A stretch of 64,000 nt of DNA from assembly GCA_016218025.1 (NCBI GenBank), contig JACRFD010000079.1, positions 243 to 64,242 on the forward strand, in the 5' to 3' direction. A program made the position numbers and the translations under genes. Shown here piece after piece: positions 20,490-30,211 of this stretch. Numbering within the stretch: the stretch's first letter is position 1; each line of letters begins with the position of its first letter. The DNA comes from Ignavibacteriales bacterium. GTDB taxonomy: Bacteria; Bacteroidota; Ignavibacteria; UBA10030; SZUA-254. Below the pieces are notes generated by a model, which made no database searches, had not been told where the DNA came from, and saw only the letters and a program-made list of their open reading frames with translations.

Positions 20490-20537
20490 AGACCTCCGGT
20501 TTTTACAATTTGATTTCAACGAAAAAACCGGAGGTCT
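20490..20537. repeat. REP-like inverted repeat / bidirectional terminator
   Basis: agacctccggtttt ... aaaaccggaggtct between convergent genes, with GTAG at the foot. Confidence 0.7.
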
Positions 20538-20573
20538 TACAAGTTACCTCACAAAAATTTATCCTCCAAGGAG

Positions 20574-22724
20574 TCATCGAAGCAGGATCATTTTCTTCAC
20601 ATCAATAAATTCACCTGAAACGATCTTGTAGTAATAAATCCCACTCGGTAAATCACCGGCATTGAAAATAACAGACTTATATCCCGCAGTCTCAATCCTA
20701 TCTATCAGAGTTGCCACTTCCTCTCCCAGAATATTGTAAACTTTAATTGTTGCCCAATTAGCAATTGGCAATTGATAATTGACAGTTGTTAATGGATTAA
20801 ACGGGTTTGGATAATTCTGGTTTAGAGCAAACTCTTTCGGCAATTGTTTTTCATCTTTTACATCAACCGTTGTTTTACGCTTGAACTTTATCGCCTGTCC
20901 GTTCTTCGGTATGAATTGCTCAGGGAAATCTCTTCCGTATAACTTTAACCATCTTGTTGTATCCTGCTCAAATCCTATAGTGGCATATTTTGCTAAGTTA
21001 CTCCAGCCGACACTGTTGTATAGAAATGTAATACTGCTATCATAGTTATCAAGTATCAGCTCAAAGCTCGATGTGCAATCTGTATCGTTAACCCAGTTAC
21101 CCAGATTTAACCATTGGACAATAAATCTATCAGGTTCTTTCTTGAAATATATCTTACCGCTGTCGCAGTTGAACCAATCTGATAATAGTTTAAAGTCAAG
21201 CCACATGGGGGCTATGAAGTTCTTCGGCATCCCCGTTGGTTGAACTTGAGAAAACGGTATATCCCACATCATGAAGTAATCGTTGCTGTTGAGGTGAAGT
21301 GTGTCGTGCATTGTTTCACCCAAAGCGATACCGCCGTTTATTCCGATGAAAGCATATCTTGTTGGTTTATCGAAGAAATTAAAATCAAATCCAATATCAA
21401 TATGTTGAGCGGTGCCATCGTCTATGTATTCGTACGATGAATGCTCGTTGGTTCGCAGGCGGTAGTAACTATAATCTATCCAAAGATCTGTATTGCCTAA
21501 CTCAACCCAGTCAAAAGAGGCAGATGTATCTGCAACAAAACCATTTTGATCTAAACCTGCTACGCTGTATGAGTATGAATATTGCTGTTTTACAGTACCT
21601 GACGAATCTACAACTCTGCATTTAAGTTCAACAAGTGTAGCTGCCGGTTGACCGGGCAGAGTAACAGCGTACATTGTATCTCCAACAATAACTGCCGGTA
21701 CAGAATCCCATCCTTTCCCGTTAAAATTATAATCCACCCAAACGCCTGCAATACCGGCGCTGTCCAAGTATTCAGGTTTACAGAATTTCATTAAGTTTAA
21801 TTCAATCAGTTCGAAATCTAATTTTGCTCTTTGAAGCCATGATTTTGTTGGTATGATTTCGGGGTAGGGATAATTTAATGTCATCGTGTACCAAAAGGCT
21901 GGTCCATTCCAATTCATTCCAACCCAACCTCTCGGAGCCCATTGAAGAAAATCGTGTTCTAAAAATTTTAAATAGCGCCAAGGTATCGATTCGTCATGAA
22001 TGGGATAGCCAGCAAAATCACCTATAATAGGATTTAAATGAGTTGATTCATTTTTGATGCATATGAAAAACGATTGATCTTTTTTTAATACCGGATAATC
22101 TAAAATTCCTAGATCAAGCTCGATTAAGTGTATGCTTTGATCCGATAAAATGTCTATCGGAAAACCTGTCCATCCCCATATCGGGTCTCCTATTGGATCC
22201 CAAGTTGAATCTTGGTTAGTGTTAATCCAGTTTGTGTCTGTTGCTTGATCTTTGAATGGTGAAATTCCCATGTCTGGGTCGCGAGAACTTAAATAATAAC
22301 CATAGGGCCAATAATTATTGTGTTGTGGTGTGCCGCAATTATTATTAGGTGAAAGATTGGAATTCATTATTCTTATTGTCACAGGGTAAGTAACATATGA
22401 ATGAAACAGAGAAGGAACGATTACAAAAAAAATACTTTCAATAATTCCATCAGCCGGAGCTTCGAAGCGGGTAGCCATCACCTGTTGATGACCAAAACCT
22501 GCTATATCATGTTCTAAATCTATCTCTTCTATATTTACAGGATAACCGAATATCCCACTTTTATTACAATTAACTTTTGGTTGTTTGTACTCTTTAACTA
22601 TTTGAGATGAAGTTTTAACCTTTGATAAAGGTAAAACTTCTCCCTCAGGTGAGACTAAAATTTTATTTTGCGATAGACAAACCGAATAGAGAAAGAAAAT
22701 AACAAATACAACAATCCGCTTCAT
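20574..22724 (-). CDS. secreted protein with nidogen-like region and T9SS-type C-terminal sorting domain
   Basis: Signal peptide; IGFDFNFF...FIAPMWLD segment; QNYPNPFNP...KKMILLR. Confidence 0.85.
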   Translation of the reverse strand: MKRIVVFVIFFLYSVCLSQNKILVSPEGEVLPLSKVKTSSQIVKEYKQPKVNCNKSGIFGYPVNIEEIDLEHDIAGFGHQQVMATRFEAPADGIIESIFFVIVPSLFHSYVTYPVTIRIMNSNLSPNNNCGTPQHNNYWPYGYYLSSRDPDMGISPFKDQATDTNWINTNQDSTWDPIGDPIWGWTGFPIDILSDQSIHLIELDLGILDYPVLKKDQSFFICIKNESTHLNPIIGDFAGYPIHDESIPWRYLKFLEHDFLQWAPRGWVGMNWNGPAFWYTMTLNYPYPEIIPTKSWLQRAKLDFELIELNLMKFCKPEYLDSAGIAGVWVDYNFNGKGWDSVPAVIVGDTMYAVTLPGQPAATLVELKCRVVDSSGTVKQQYSYSYSVAGLDQNGFVADTSASFDWVELGNTDLWIDYSYYRLRTNEHSSYEYIDDGTAQHIDIGFDFNFFDKPTRYAFIGINGGIALGETMHDTLHLNSNDYFMMWDIPFSQVQPTGMPKNFIAPMWLDFKLLSDWFNCDSGKIYFKKEPDRFIVQWLNLGNWVNDTDCTSSFELILDNYDSSITFLYNSVGWSNLAKYATIGFEQDTTRWLKLYGRDFPEQFIPKNGQAIKFKRKTTVDVKDEKQLPKEFALNQNYPNPFNPLTTVNYQLPIANWATIKVYNILGEEVATLIDRIETAGYKSVIFNAGDLPSGIYYYKIVSGEFIDVKKMILLR

Positions 22725-22770
22725 AAAACTCCCAATTATTAAAATACAGATGATAATACATTTTATCTAC

Positions 22771-22799
22771 TTGACAATAATAAAAAAAAGAATTAAATT
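22771..22799 (+). promoter_or_regulatory. near-consensus sigma70 promoter of the MauE-like operon
   Basis: TTGACA-17 bp-TAAATT. Confidence 0.65.
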
Positions 22800-22830
22800 C
22801 AAGTACATTTTTTATAGAGGGGAAAAAATT

Positions 22831-23301
22831 GTGAAAGCGGGTATATTACCTTTTCTAATTGCTGTAATTAGGATCATCTTAGGGGTGGTTTTCAGTCTCT
22901 CCGGTATCATTAAACTATTAAATCCAACAAATTTTTATAATTCTTTGCGTGGCTTCAACGTATTACCTGAACCATTAGTTGTACCATTTGCATTAATGAT
23001 CTCAACGGTTGAATTGCTTGCTGGTGTTATGATGGTCGCTGGATTATGGATTAAATTTGCTTCGTTTGTTATTTCAATTCTCCTGCTCGTATTTATAGCG
23101 GCAATAATTCCAATAATAATTTCTGGTGATATTGTCGGCTGTGGTTGTTTCGGTTCAATTGTTGAAGAAAAAGTAGATGTATATCTTATTCTAAGAGATG
23201 TAATATTTTTAATATTCAGTTTAGTTGTATATCAAGATATAAATCAGAAAATGAGCGTTGATAAAATAGTAAGTCGAAGGAGGTCAGATGTTCAAGAATA
23301 A
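22831..23301 (+). CDS. MauE/DoxX family membrane protein
   Basis: RIILGVVFSLSGIIK, CGCFG motif, about 4 TM. GTG start chosen because it follows AGAGGGG and lies downstream of the promoter. Confidence 0.88.
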   Translation: MKAGILPFLIAVIRIILGVVFSLSGIIKLLNPTNFYNSLRGFNVLPEPLVVPFALMISTVELLAGVMMVAGLWIKFASFVISILLLVFIAAIIPIIISGDIVGCGCFGSIVEEKVDVYLILRDVIFLIFSLVVYQDINQKMSVDKIVSRRRSDVQE

Positions 23302-23881
23302 AAAGATAGGCTGGATTCAATTACTGAGTATCGTGGTCAATATATTTTTGCTTGTAGAAGTTGTAGTGCTTGCCTTGCAAAACCGTGCGTTAAGATCGCA
23401 AATGAGCACCCTGTCGAAAATTATTACTCCTGACCCTCTCGTGATTAATGATACCGTAAAATCATTCTTTTACCAAAAAATAGATGGTAATATTGACACA
23501 ATACGTTACCATCCAAATGGAAAGTCCATTTTATTATTTGTTTATTCAATAACATGTCCATACTGTGAGAAAAACTGGAGTCTCTGGGAAGATATTTACA
23601 ATAAGGTTAAAAATAAAAATTTGAATGTACTTCGATTATCGATTAATACCATTGAGAGAACGAAAGAACACCTTCTGAAAAAGCAGACCGATGATCTACG
23701 GACCGGTTCCGTTGCTGTTGATACAACATTCAGAAGAAGTTATAAAATATCAAACGTACCTCAAACTATTTATATAAATCAAAATGGAGTAATTGAAGGA
23801 GTGTGGGTGGGTGAATTGAAGCCCGACCAAAAACAAGAAATTTTAAAACGATGCCTTAAGAGCATCGATATAAATAACTAA
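23288..23881 (+). CDS. membrane-anchored thioredoxin-fold (TlpA/MauD-like) protein
   Basis: N-terminal TM; FVYSITCPYC (CxxC); NVPQTIYIN cis-Pro loop; overlaps the upstream gene. Confidence 0.88.
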   Translation: MFKNKKIGWIQLLSIVVNIFLLVEVVVLALQNRALRSQMSTLSKIITPDPLVINDTVKSFFYQKIDGNIDTIRYHPNGKSILLFVYSITCPYCEKNWSLWEDIYNKVKNKNLNVLRLSINTIERTKEHLLKKQTDDLRTGSVAVDTTFRRSYKISNVPQTIYINQNGVIEGVWVGELKPDQKQEILKRCLKSIDINN

Positions 23882-23906
23882 ATCATAAACCATAAAAGGA
23901 GGGTAT

Positions 23907-24125
23907 ATGAAATATCTTCAAATAATCTTGATCTGTTTTTCTTTCGTCGCAATTATTGCAGTAGCGACAATAATTAACACAGACGTGGCTTGGGCCCAAC
24001 GAATGTGCAATATTGTATGTGATTGTGAATATTGCGCATCAAATCCTGAATTGTGTGCAACAATGTCTTGCCAAGCCCCGTATGGCATAACAACCTGCAA
24101 AAACTGGTGCAGGGTAGAGGATTAA
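23907..24125 (+). CDS. secreted cysteine-rich peptide (72 aa precursor, 8 Cys in the predicted 42-aa mature part)
   Basis: Strong SD AAAGGAGGG; signal peptide ending VAWA; mature QRMCNIVCDCEYCASNPELCATMSCQAPYGITTCKNWCRVED. Confidence 0.8.
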   Translation: MKYLQIILICFSFVAIIAVATIINTDVAWAQRMCNIVCDCEYCASNPELCATMSCQAPYGITTCKNWCRVED

Positions 24126-24236
24126 TATTCGGATGGTTGTTCTGGATAGTTCACAGGTTAAGAGCGAATAACTTTTTAAAAAATATTTTCGTGATTTCAT
24201 TTAGAACAACCATTATTATCTTTCGATAAAGATAAA

Positions 24237-24974
24237 ATGAAAAGCAAAATAATAATTTATTCACTACTTATTTTATTTTTGGAAGGCTGCCTTTCTGTAA
24301 AGGAAACTTATGATAAACCACCTAACGAGTGGAACTCAAACGAATGTCTTTTGATTCTTTCAAATGCTATTTCCCATAATTTGTTCGACAACAGAACGAA
24401 TATAAAAATTATTGCAACTCCATATTATCCATCCGTCATACTTGCACTTTACCGGAATAGAAATGAGGTCAGAAAATGGACAATGGATCAATATAAAATC
24501 GACGTCGATGAGCTAATGAAATACAATGCCGGGCTATACTACGATTGGACTTCAAATAAAATAGTGGATAGCAAAGGAAATTATTTCAAGGATAAAACTC
24601 AAATAGATTCGCTGATGTTCATGATATCGATTACCAATCTTGCATACTATAGTGCAGGTTCTATGATGCAGGTAAAAGTCGGTGGCGCCGTTGTTTGGAT
24701 GCCGCTTGTTTCACCCGACCAAATTTATACACCTGAGATATCGAGGCTGGAGGAAAATATTTTTTTAACAAACGACCAATCTCGGTCAATTAAACCTAAA
24801 TATGTGTGGGGAAAAAAGAATACCATGTTAACAACTGAGGAAACATTATTTGTAATGTTTAACTTAAGGGCTGGAGACAATCATTTTTTATCAAAATCTG
24901 AATCTATCTATTTGCTGATAAAGGGATTTGAGGAAGATATCATACTAACTTTTCCTCTGAAATATTTAAAATGA
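24237..24974 (+). CDS. hypothetical lipoprotein
   Basis: Lipobox LEGC; 245 aa. Confidence 0.78.
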   Translation: MKSKIIIYSLLILFLEGCLSVKETYDKPPNEWNSNECLLILSNAISHNLFDNRTNIKIIATPYYPSVILALYRNRNEVRKWTMDQYKIDVDELMKYNAGLYYDWTSNKIVDSKGNYFKDKTQIDSLMFMISITNLAYYSAGSMMQVKVGGAVVWMPLVSPDQIYTPEISRLEENIFLTNDQSRSIKPKYVWGKKNTMLTTEETLFVMFNLRAGDNHFLSKSESIYLLIKGFEEDIILTFPLKYLK

Positions 24975-24986
24975 GTTCATCGAGCG

Positions 24987-25034
24987 AGAAGTCCGACTTC
25001 TGCGTGTGAGAAACGGTGAAGAAGTCGGACTTCT
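24987..25034. repeat. REP-like inverted pair
   Basis: agaagtccgacttct (24987-25001) and its exact reverse complement (25020-25034) between convergent genes. Confidence 0.75.
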
Positions 25035-25040
25035 GCATTA

Positions 25041-26585
25041 TTAACGCAACACAATCATTTTCTTTGTTTCTGCAAATTGAATGGTTCGCAATCTGCAAAA
25101 ATAAACTCCGCTTGAGAGATTTGAACCGTTAAACTTCACGCTGTATCGTCTCGGCTTCTGAATATCATGAACAAGCGTTTCAATTTTTCTTCCTAAAAGA
25201 TCAAAAACCTCCAGTTTGACTAACCCCTCACGGGTGATTTCATATTCGATAGTTGTAAAATTATTAAATGGATTTGGATAGTTTTGTTTTAACATTGTTG
25301 CTTTTGGTCTGGTTTCACCGGGGAAAATACCTCGTCGGAAGAATATCTCTCCATTTCCATCTACATTGCCGGACCAAACAATACTAAGTGTATTATCTTG
25401 CATGCTCATTGCAGGTTCGGCAGAACGATAATTACCTGCTGGATAGAACGGATCACAAAACGATTCACCTTTATCTGTACTGTGCTGCAATACAATTGTT
25501 GATGAATCGCCCGCTTGGGTATCCCATATCACGGTAAGAAGTCCTTCTGTATAATCTAAATCCGGAAATATTGCATCTCTGCTTGCAGGCAATTTTTTCT
25601 GTGGATTCCATCTGATGTTTTCTTCCTCATCCAAACCGTTGCTTCGCCGGAAAATAACTGCTCCGGAATCATTCCACACAAAATATTTTTCATCCATTTC
25701 GTCAACAGCTATTTTCGGATAAAGAGAGGAAACAGCATCTTCCAACGAAATTAACTCGGGACCATACCACGAACTACCGCCGGTCGGACTAAAGTAATAG
25801 CCAACATCGGTTCTGCGTGTGGAGGCAATTGCTCCGGCTCCGTGATACAAACTTGAAGTTAACCAAACATCATTAAGCGGCTGCATGCTGGTTGTTGCAG
25901 TTCTCCATGTGGAACCGTAATTCCCGCTTCGCAACATTCCGGAATAAGATGGTTTTTGGTCACCATAATGAATAATTACTACCGAATCGTACGCTGCAAT
26001 AAATTTTGGTTGAGAACTGCTGCGAAGTATAACCGGACTGCTCCACGAAAATCCTGCATCTGAGCTTTTGATGTAACCTATTCCAAATACTCCGCCAATA
26101 TACCCGTTGAAAGTGATAAAAATATTATAACCCGATTGGGCTATATATCCCGGACCGAACGCTGCTTCAGGAGTAACGATTGTGACCGGTTCAGAGAATG
26201 TAAGACCATTATCAAAACTATGCGAGTACACGATACCAGATCCGTTTAAACCTCCGAGAGTGTCTATGCCGAACCAGATGATATGAACTCCGCTTCCATT
26301 GACAGAAATTTTTGGGTTTAAGGATATAACCGAATCGCGCGAAAGTTGAACTGTCGGTTGCCAGTTGAGGTCGCACGAAAATATTTGGCTCCTGCTTGAG
26401 GATGTAAGGAAAAGAATCCCAAGAAACAAAAAGAACAATATCTGATGAGAAAATTTAGGAATAAATTGCGTTTCATGAACATTTTTGTTCATGATGAATT
26501 TATATGGGTGAGCTTCTGTATTATTATCTATGGTGTCCAAAAAAATCCTCTGCAAGATAATACGAAGAAAGATAGATGAATTCAA
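25041..26585 (-). CDS. BNR/Asp-box repeat secreted protein with C-terminal sorting domain
   Basis: SFDNGLTFS, SSDAGFSWS and STDKGESF Asp-boxes; QNYPNPFNN C-terminal domain. The true start may be downstream. Confidence 0.85.
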   Translation of the reverse strand: MNSSIFLRIILQRIFLDTIDNNTEAHPYKFIMNKNVHETQFIPKFSHQILFFLFLGILFLTSSSRSQIFSCDLNWQPTVQLSRDSVISLNPKISVNGSGVHIIWFGIDTLGGLNGSGIVYSHSFDNGLTFSEPVTIVTPEAAFGPGYIAQSGYNIFITFNGYIGGVFGIGYIKSSDAGFSWSSPVILRSSSQPKFIAAYDSVVIIHYGDQKPSYSGMLRSGNYGSTWRTATTSMQPLNDVWLTSSLYHGAGAIASTRRTDVGYYFSPTGGSSWYGPELISLEDAVSSLYPKIAVDEMDEKYFVWNDSGAVIFRRSNGLDEEENIRWNPQKKLPASRDAIFPDLDYTEGLLTVIWDTQAGDSSTIVLQHSTDKGESFCDPFYPAGNYRSAEPAMSMQDNTLSIVWSGNVDGNGEIFFRRGIFPGETRPKATMLKQNYPNPFNNFTTIEYEITREGLVKLEVFDLLGRKIETLVHDIQKPRRYSVKFNGSNLSSGVYFCRLRTIQFAETKKMIVLR

Positions 26586-26688
26586 CTTAGCGATTAGAAA
26601 ATTATTTAATTGTTTGGAAATTTCTTACATTAACAACATAATTGCCCGAATAATTCCATATTTCAATTGATTTTCAAAGGAAAACATC

Positions 26689-29600
26689 ATGAAGCTATAT
26701 CGTATTTCATTTTTCTTCGTTTTTTTCGCTCTCTTTTCGATGATCTGTTTTAGTCAATCGATCATCATAAACGAGATTTATAATTCAAGTAGCACAGACG
26801 AATGGATCGAACTGTTGGTAGTGCAAGACGGACTCGATGTGCGGGGATGGGATATCCGCGATTTTTCAAGTAGCGGAAGTGCCCAAACTCCGTTAGTATT
26901 TTCTACTCATTCAATATGGAGTAGTTTGAAAGCCGGTACGATTATAGTCGTTGCTCGATCGGAAAATACATTCAATGAAGATACAGATCCGGGTGATTAT
27001 ACTCTTACTATTAAGTCTAATAACGCCACATATTTCAGCGGTAATGTTTTTTCAGTGGCGGGAAGTAGCGAGGCAATTGAGATTCGGAATGCATCTCAGC
27101 TTCATATATTCGGTGTATCGTGGGGAGCGAATAATGCGTCGAGTTTACCTGATCCCAAGGTCCATTTCACTGCCTCTGCGACATCAAGTACTGCGACCGC
27201 ATTTACAGGTGATGCCGTTGGTCAATTAACGAACACGGCTAATTGGGCGCAGAATACAGCCACAATCACACGAGGCACAGGTAATACAGCTGCGAACATC
27301 GCTTGGCTCAATCTGTTACGTGCCCGCGCCGATGGATCAGGGAGTGTATCATTTAGTCCTATCGTTGTCAATGGTAATGTTGATACGACGCTTACTATGG
27401 TTTACACCCGCGATATTAGTTTCAATGTAAACAATCTGCGGTTGATCATTCCTGCTTCATTTGGTTGGTCGAAAGATACAGCGAGTGTATTCTTTACCGA
27501 TATGACAGCAGTGAAGAGTATTTCGGGAGATACTATATATTTCACCGACATAATTTTCTCATCGGATTCATCTACCATTACAATACCGCATGTTATAACT
27601 CCGATGTACACAGGATATTACAAAATAAAACTACAATCTGGTATCAATGGATCATACGGTGACGTCTCACCAATTCCAGTCATGACCGTATATGGCGCCC
27701 CTATTCCAATTGCCGAAACAAAAGTAAACGACGCTAACGGTGTAGCGACTCGCGTCGGGGAACTTGTTACAGTCAGGGGTATTATCACTGCTTCCAATCA
27801 GTTTCCCAGCCCGAGTTACATCCAAGATAATTCCGGCGGTATGTCGATTTATAATGTTCCCTTTTCTTCAACTGTCAATATTGGTGACGAAATATTAGTG
27901 AGTGGTAAGGTAACTCAATTTAGTGGGCTGAACCAGATTGAATTGCCAATTCTTCATTCAATCATCAGTACAGGGAATATTGTTGATCCAATTGTCGTAA
28001 CTCCCTCTGAGGTAAACAACGATGGGATTGGAGGTATAGAAAATTACGAGGGTCAACTTGTCCGGTTAAATGGTGTCACAGTTACTGAATTAAATGGTAC
28101 CGTTGTAGCCAATTGGAGTGGTGGAACGAGTGGAAAGAATTATCGTTTGACCGGTGCTTCTCTAAGTGATACATTACAAATAAGAATAGACGAGAGCACG
28201 AATATTCCAGGTGTTGTAGCACCGGCAGGAGCTTTTGATGTTATCGGAGTGATCAGCCAATATAAGACGACGAGTCCGTTCATCGGTGGTTATCAAATTA
28301 TGCCACGCTCAACCAAAGATATTATTTCTGAGGGTCCGCTATTCGCGGAGTTTCCGCAGGAAACTGAATTAACCCCAACATCACTAGCAATTACATGGAA
28401 AACGATCTCACCGGGGACATCCCGCATTCGTTATGGGACAACGACAGCGTACGAGCTTGGGGTAGTGGAAGTACATACAGATACAATGCAGACAGACCAT
28501 TATGTGCCGCTAAACGGTTTATCGGTTGCAACCATCTATAATATACAAGCATTTTCCACAAGCGGCACCGATACAAGTTTCGCGGGTAATCTTATTGTCA
28601 GCACAACATCCGATGCACCGACAACCGGAGTGATCAATGTTTATTTCAGCAAGAGCATCAACACGTCTGTCTCTTCAGGCGAAACAGCACTCGGTAATTT
28701 CGATTTAGCAGCGAAACTTATTTCCCGGATCAATAATGCAAAACGTTCCATCGATGCATCTATTTACAGTTTAAGCGGGACTGTTGGGGCTACAATTGCT
28801 AACGCTCTTATCGGTGCAAAAAATCATGGAGTGAATGTTCGCGTTATCGGAGAATATGATAACCGTACCACTGCCCCCTGGTCAACATTATCAACCAATG
28901 GAATACCGGTAATATTTGATCTTTATGGTGCAAATGATGGAAGCGGTTTGCAGCATAATAAATTTATTGTGATAGATTATAAAGGCGGCGCACCGGAAAG
29001 TGTTTGGGTATGGACAGGTTCGTGGAATCTAACAGATCCCGGCACCACATCTGATCGTCAGAATGCAATCGAGTTTCAGGATGTTGCACTTGCCGGGGCT
29101 TACACTGTTGAGTTCGAAGAAATGTGGGGAAGTAATACACTAACACCGAATTCATCAGTTTCACGTTTTAGTGCCCGCAAAACGAATAACACTCCGCATA
29201 AATTTATCATCGGCGGAAAAAATGTAGAATGTTATTTCAGTCCGAGCGATAGAACCACTGTCCAAATTGGAAAAACATTGGGTAAAGCCGAACATTCGAT
29301 CAATGCAGCTCTTCTAACATTTACACGTCAGGATCTTGCCGATTCAATTATTCACAAAAAGAATGCAGGTAAGATTGCTCGTGTTGTAATGGATAATAAT
29401 ACCGATACCGGGAATCAATATGCATATTTACAATCAAATGGTGTCGATGTGCTTTTGAAGGGTGGAAGCGGTTTGCTTCATCACAAGTATGCGATTGTTG
29501 ATGCTGAGGTGTTGAGCGGTTCAGCATATACCGTAACCGGTTCGCACAATTGGTCGAACTCAGCCGAAACCAAGAATGATGAGAACACGGTGATTGTAAA

Positions 29601-29976
29601 AGATGACCGGATTGCAAATCTCTATCTTCAAGAGTTTGCTGCTCGGTATTACGAAGCAGGCGGAACGAACACCATCGTTCTGGGTGTGACTGAAACCGAC
29701 GGTGGAATTCCGTCGTCATTTTCATTGTCGCAAAATTATCCCAATCCGTTCAACCCGACTACAGACTTCGGATTCCGGATTTCAGATTTCGGATTTGTTT
29801 CTTTGAAAGTGTATAATCTCCTCGGTCAGGAAGTGGCAACAATAGTGAACGAACAAATGAAGCCCGGAAGTTATAAGGTTACATGGGATGCAAGCCAGAT
29901 GTCGAGTGGAGTTTATTTTTATCGCTTGCAATCTGGAAAATTCACTGATGTCAAGAAGATGGTGCTCGCAAGATAA
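26689..29976 (+). CDS. secreted PLD-superfamily nuclease/phospholipase (lamin-tail, OB-fold-like, Fn3, 2 x HKD, sorting domain)
   Basis: IIINEIYN..EWIEL lamin-tail start; HNKFIVID and HHKYAIVD HKD motifs; QNYPNPFNP C-terminal domain. Confidence 0.88.
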   Translation: MKLYRISFFFVFFALFSMICFSQSIIINEIYNSSSTDEWIELLVVQDGLDVRGWDIRDFSSSGSAQTPLVFSTHSIWSSLKAGTIIVVARSENTFNEDTDPGDYTLTIKSNNATYFSGNVFSVAGSSEAIEIRNASQLHIFGVSWGANNASSLPDPKVHFTASATSSTATAFTGDAVGQLTNTANWAQNTATITRGTGNTAANIAWLNLLRARADGSGSVSFSPIVVNGNVDTTLTMVYTRDISFNVNNLRLIIPASFGWSKDTASVFFTDMTAVKSISGDTIYFTDIIFSSDSSTITIPHVITPMYTGYYKIKLQSGINGSYGDVSPIPVMTVYGAPIPIAETKVNDANGVATRVGELVTVRGIITASNQFPSPSYIQDNSGGMSIYNVPFSSTVNIGDEILVSGKVTQFSGLNQIELPILHSIISTGNIVDPIVVTPSEVNNDGIGGIENYEGQLVRLNGVTVTELNGTVVANWSGGTSGKNYRLTGASLSDTLQIRIDESTNIPGVVAPAGAFDVIGVISQYKTTSPFIGGYQIMPRSTKDIISEGPLFAEFPQETELTPTSLAITWKTISPGTSRIRYGTTTAYELGVVEVHTDTMQTDHYVPLNGLSVATIYNIQAFSTSGTDTSFAGNLIVSTTSDAPTTGVINVYFSKSINTSVSSGETALGNFDLAAKLISRINNAKRSIDASIYSLSGTVGATIANALIGAKNHGVNVRVIGEYDNRTTAPWSTLSTNGIPVIFDLYGANDGSGLQHNKFIVIDYKGGAPESVWVWTGSWNLTDPGTTSDRQNAIEFQDVALAGAYTVEFEEMWGSNTLTPNSSVSRFSARKTNNTPHKFIIGGKNVECYFSPSDRTTVQIGKTLGKAEHSINAALLTFTRQDLADSIIHKKNAGKIARVVMDNNTDTGNQYAYLQSNGVDVLLKGGSGLLHHKYAIVDAEVLSGSAYTVTGSHNWSNSAETKNDENTVIVKDDRIANLYLQEFAARYYEAGGTNTIVLGVTETDGGIPSSFSLSQNYPNPFNPTTDFGFRISDFGFVSLKVYNLLGQEVATIVNEQMKPGSYKVTWDASQMSSGVYFYRLQSGKFTDVKKMVLAR

Positions 29977-30022
29977 ATCTGGTATCCGATATGTGATATT
30001 GGATGATAGATGTTAGTTAATC

Positions 30023-30059
30023 AACCCCCGTGAATCTAAATTGGTTCAGGGGGTTTTTT
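30023..30059 (+). terminator. rho-independent terminator
   Basis: aaccccc.tgaa / ttca.gggggtt stem followed by a T-run. Confidence 0.7.
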
Positions 30060-30211
30060 ATTGCCCTCTAAATTCTTCAAAATTCAACCATTTTATAAAC
30101 CTCCTTCCTAAAAATCAGGGATTCCCTGATTGATTTTGAATAATTTTATTTATACAATAAATGAGGTATTCGATGTAACTTTTCTGAATTAACTCTAAAA
30201 ATGGAGGAACC

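Noticed and set aside
23907-24125. Peptide as a methylamine dehydrogenase small subunit, ferredoxin or radical-SAM RiPP
   Set aside because: Too short with one mature Trp, no mauB/mauG, no CxxCxxC ferredoxin motif, and no modifying enzyme nearby.
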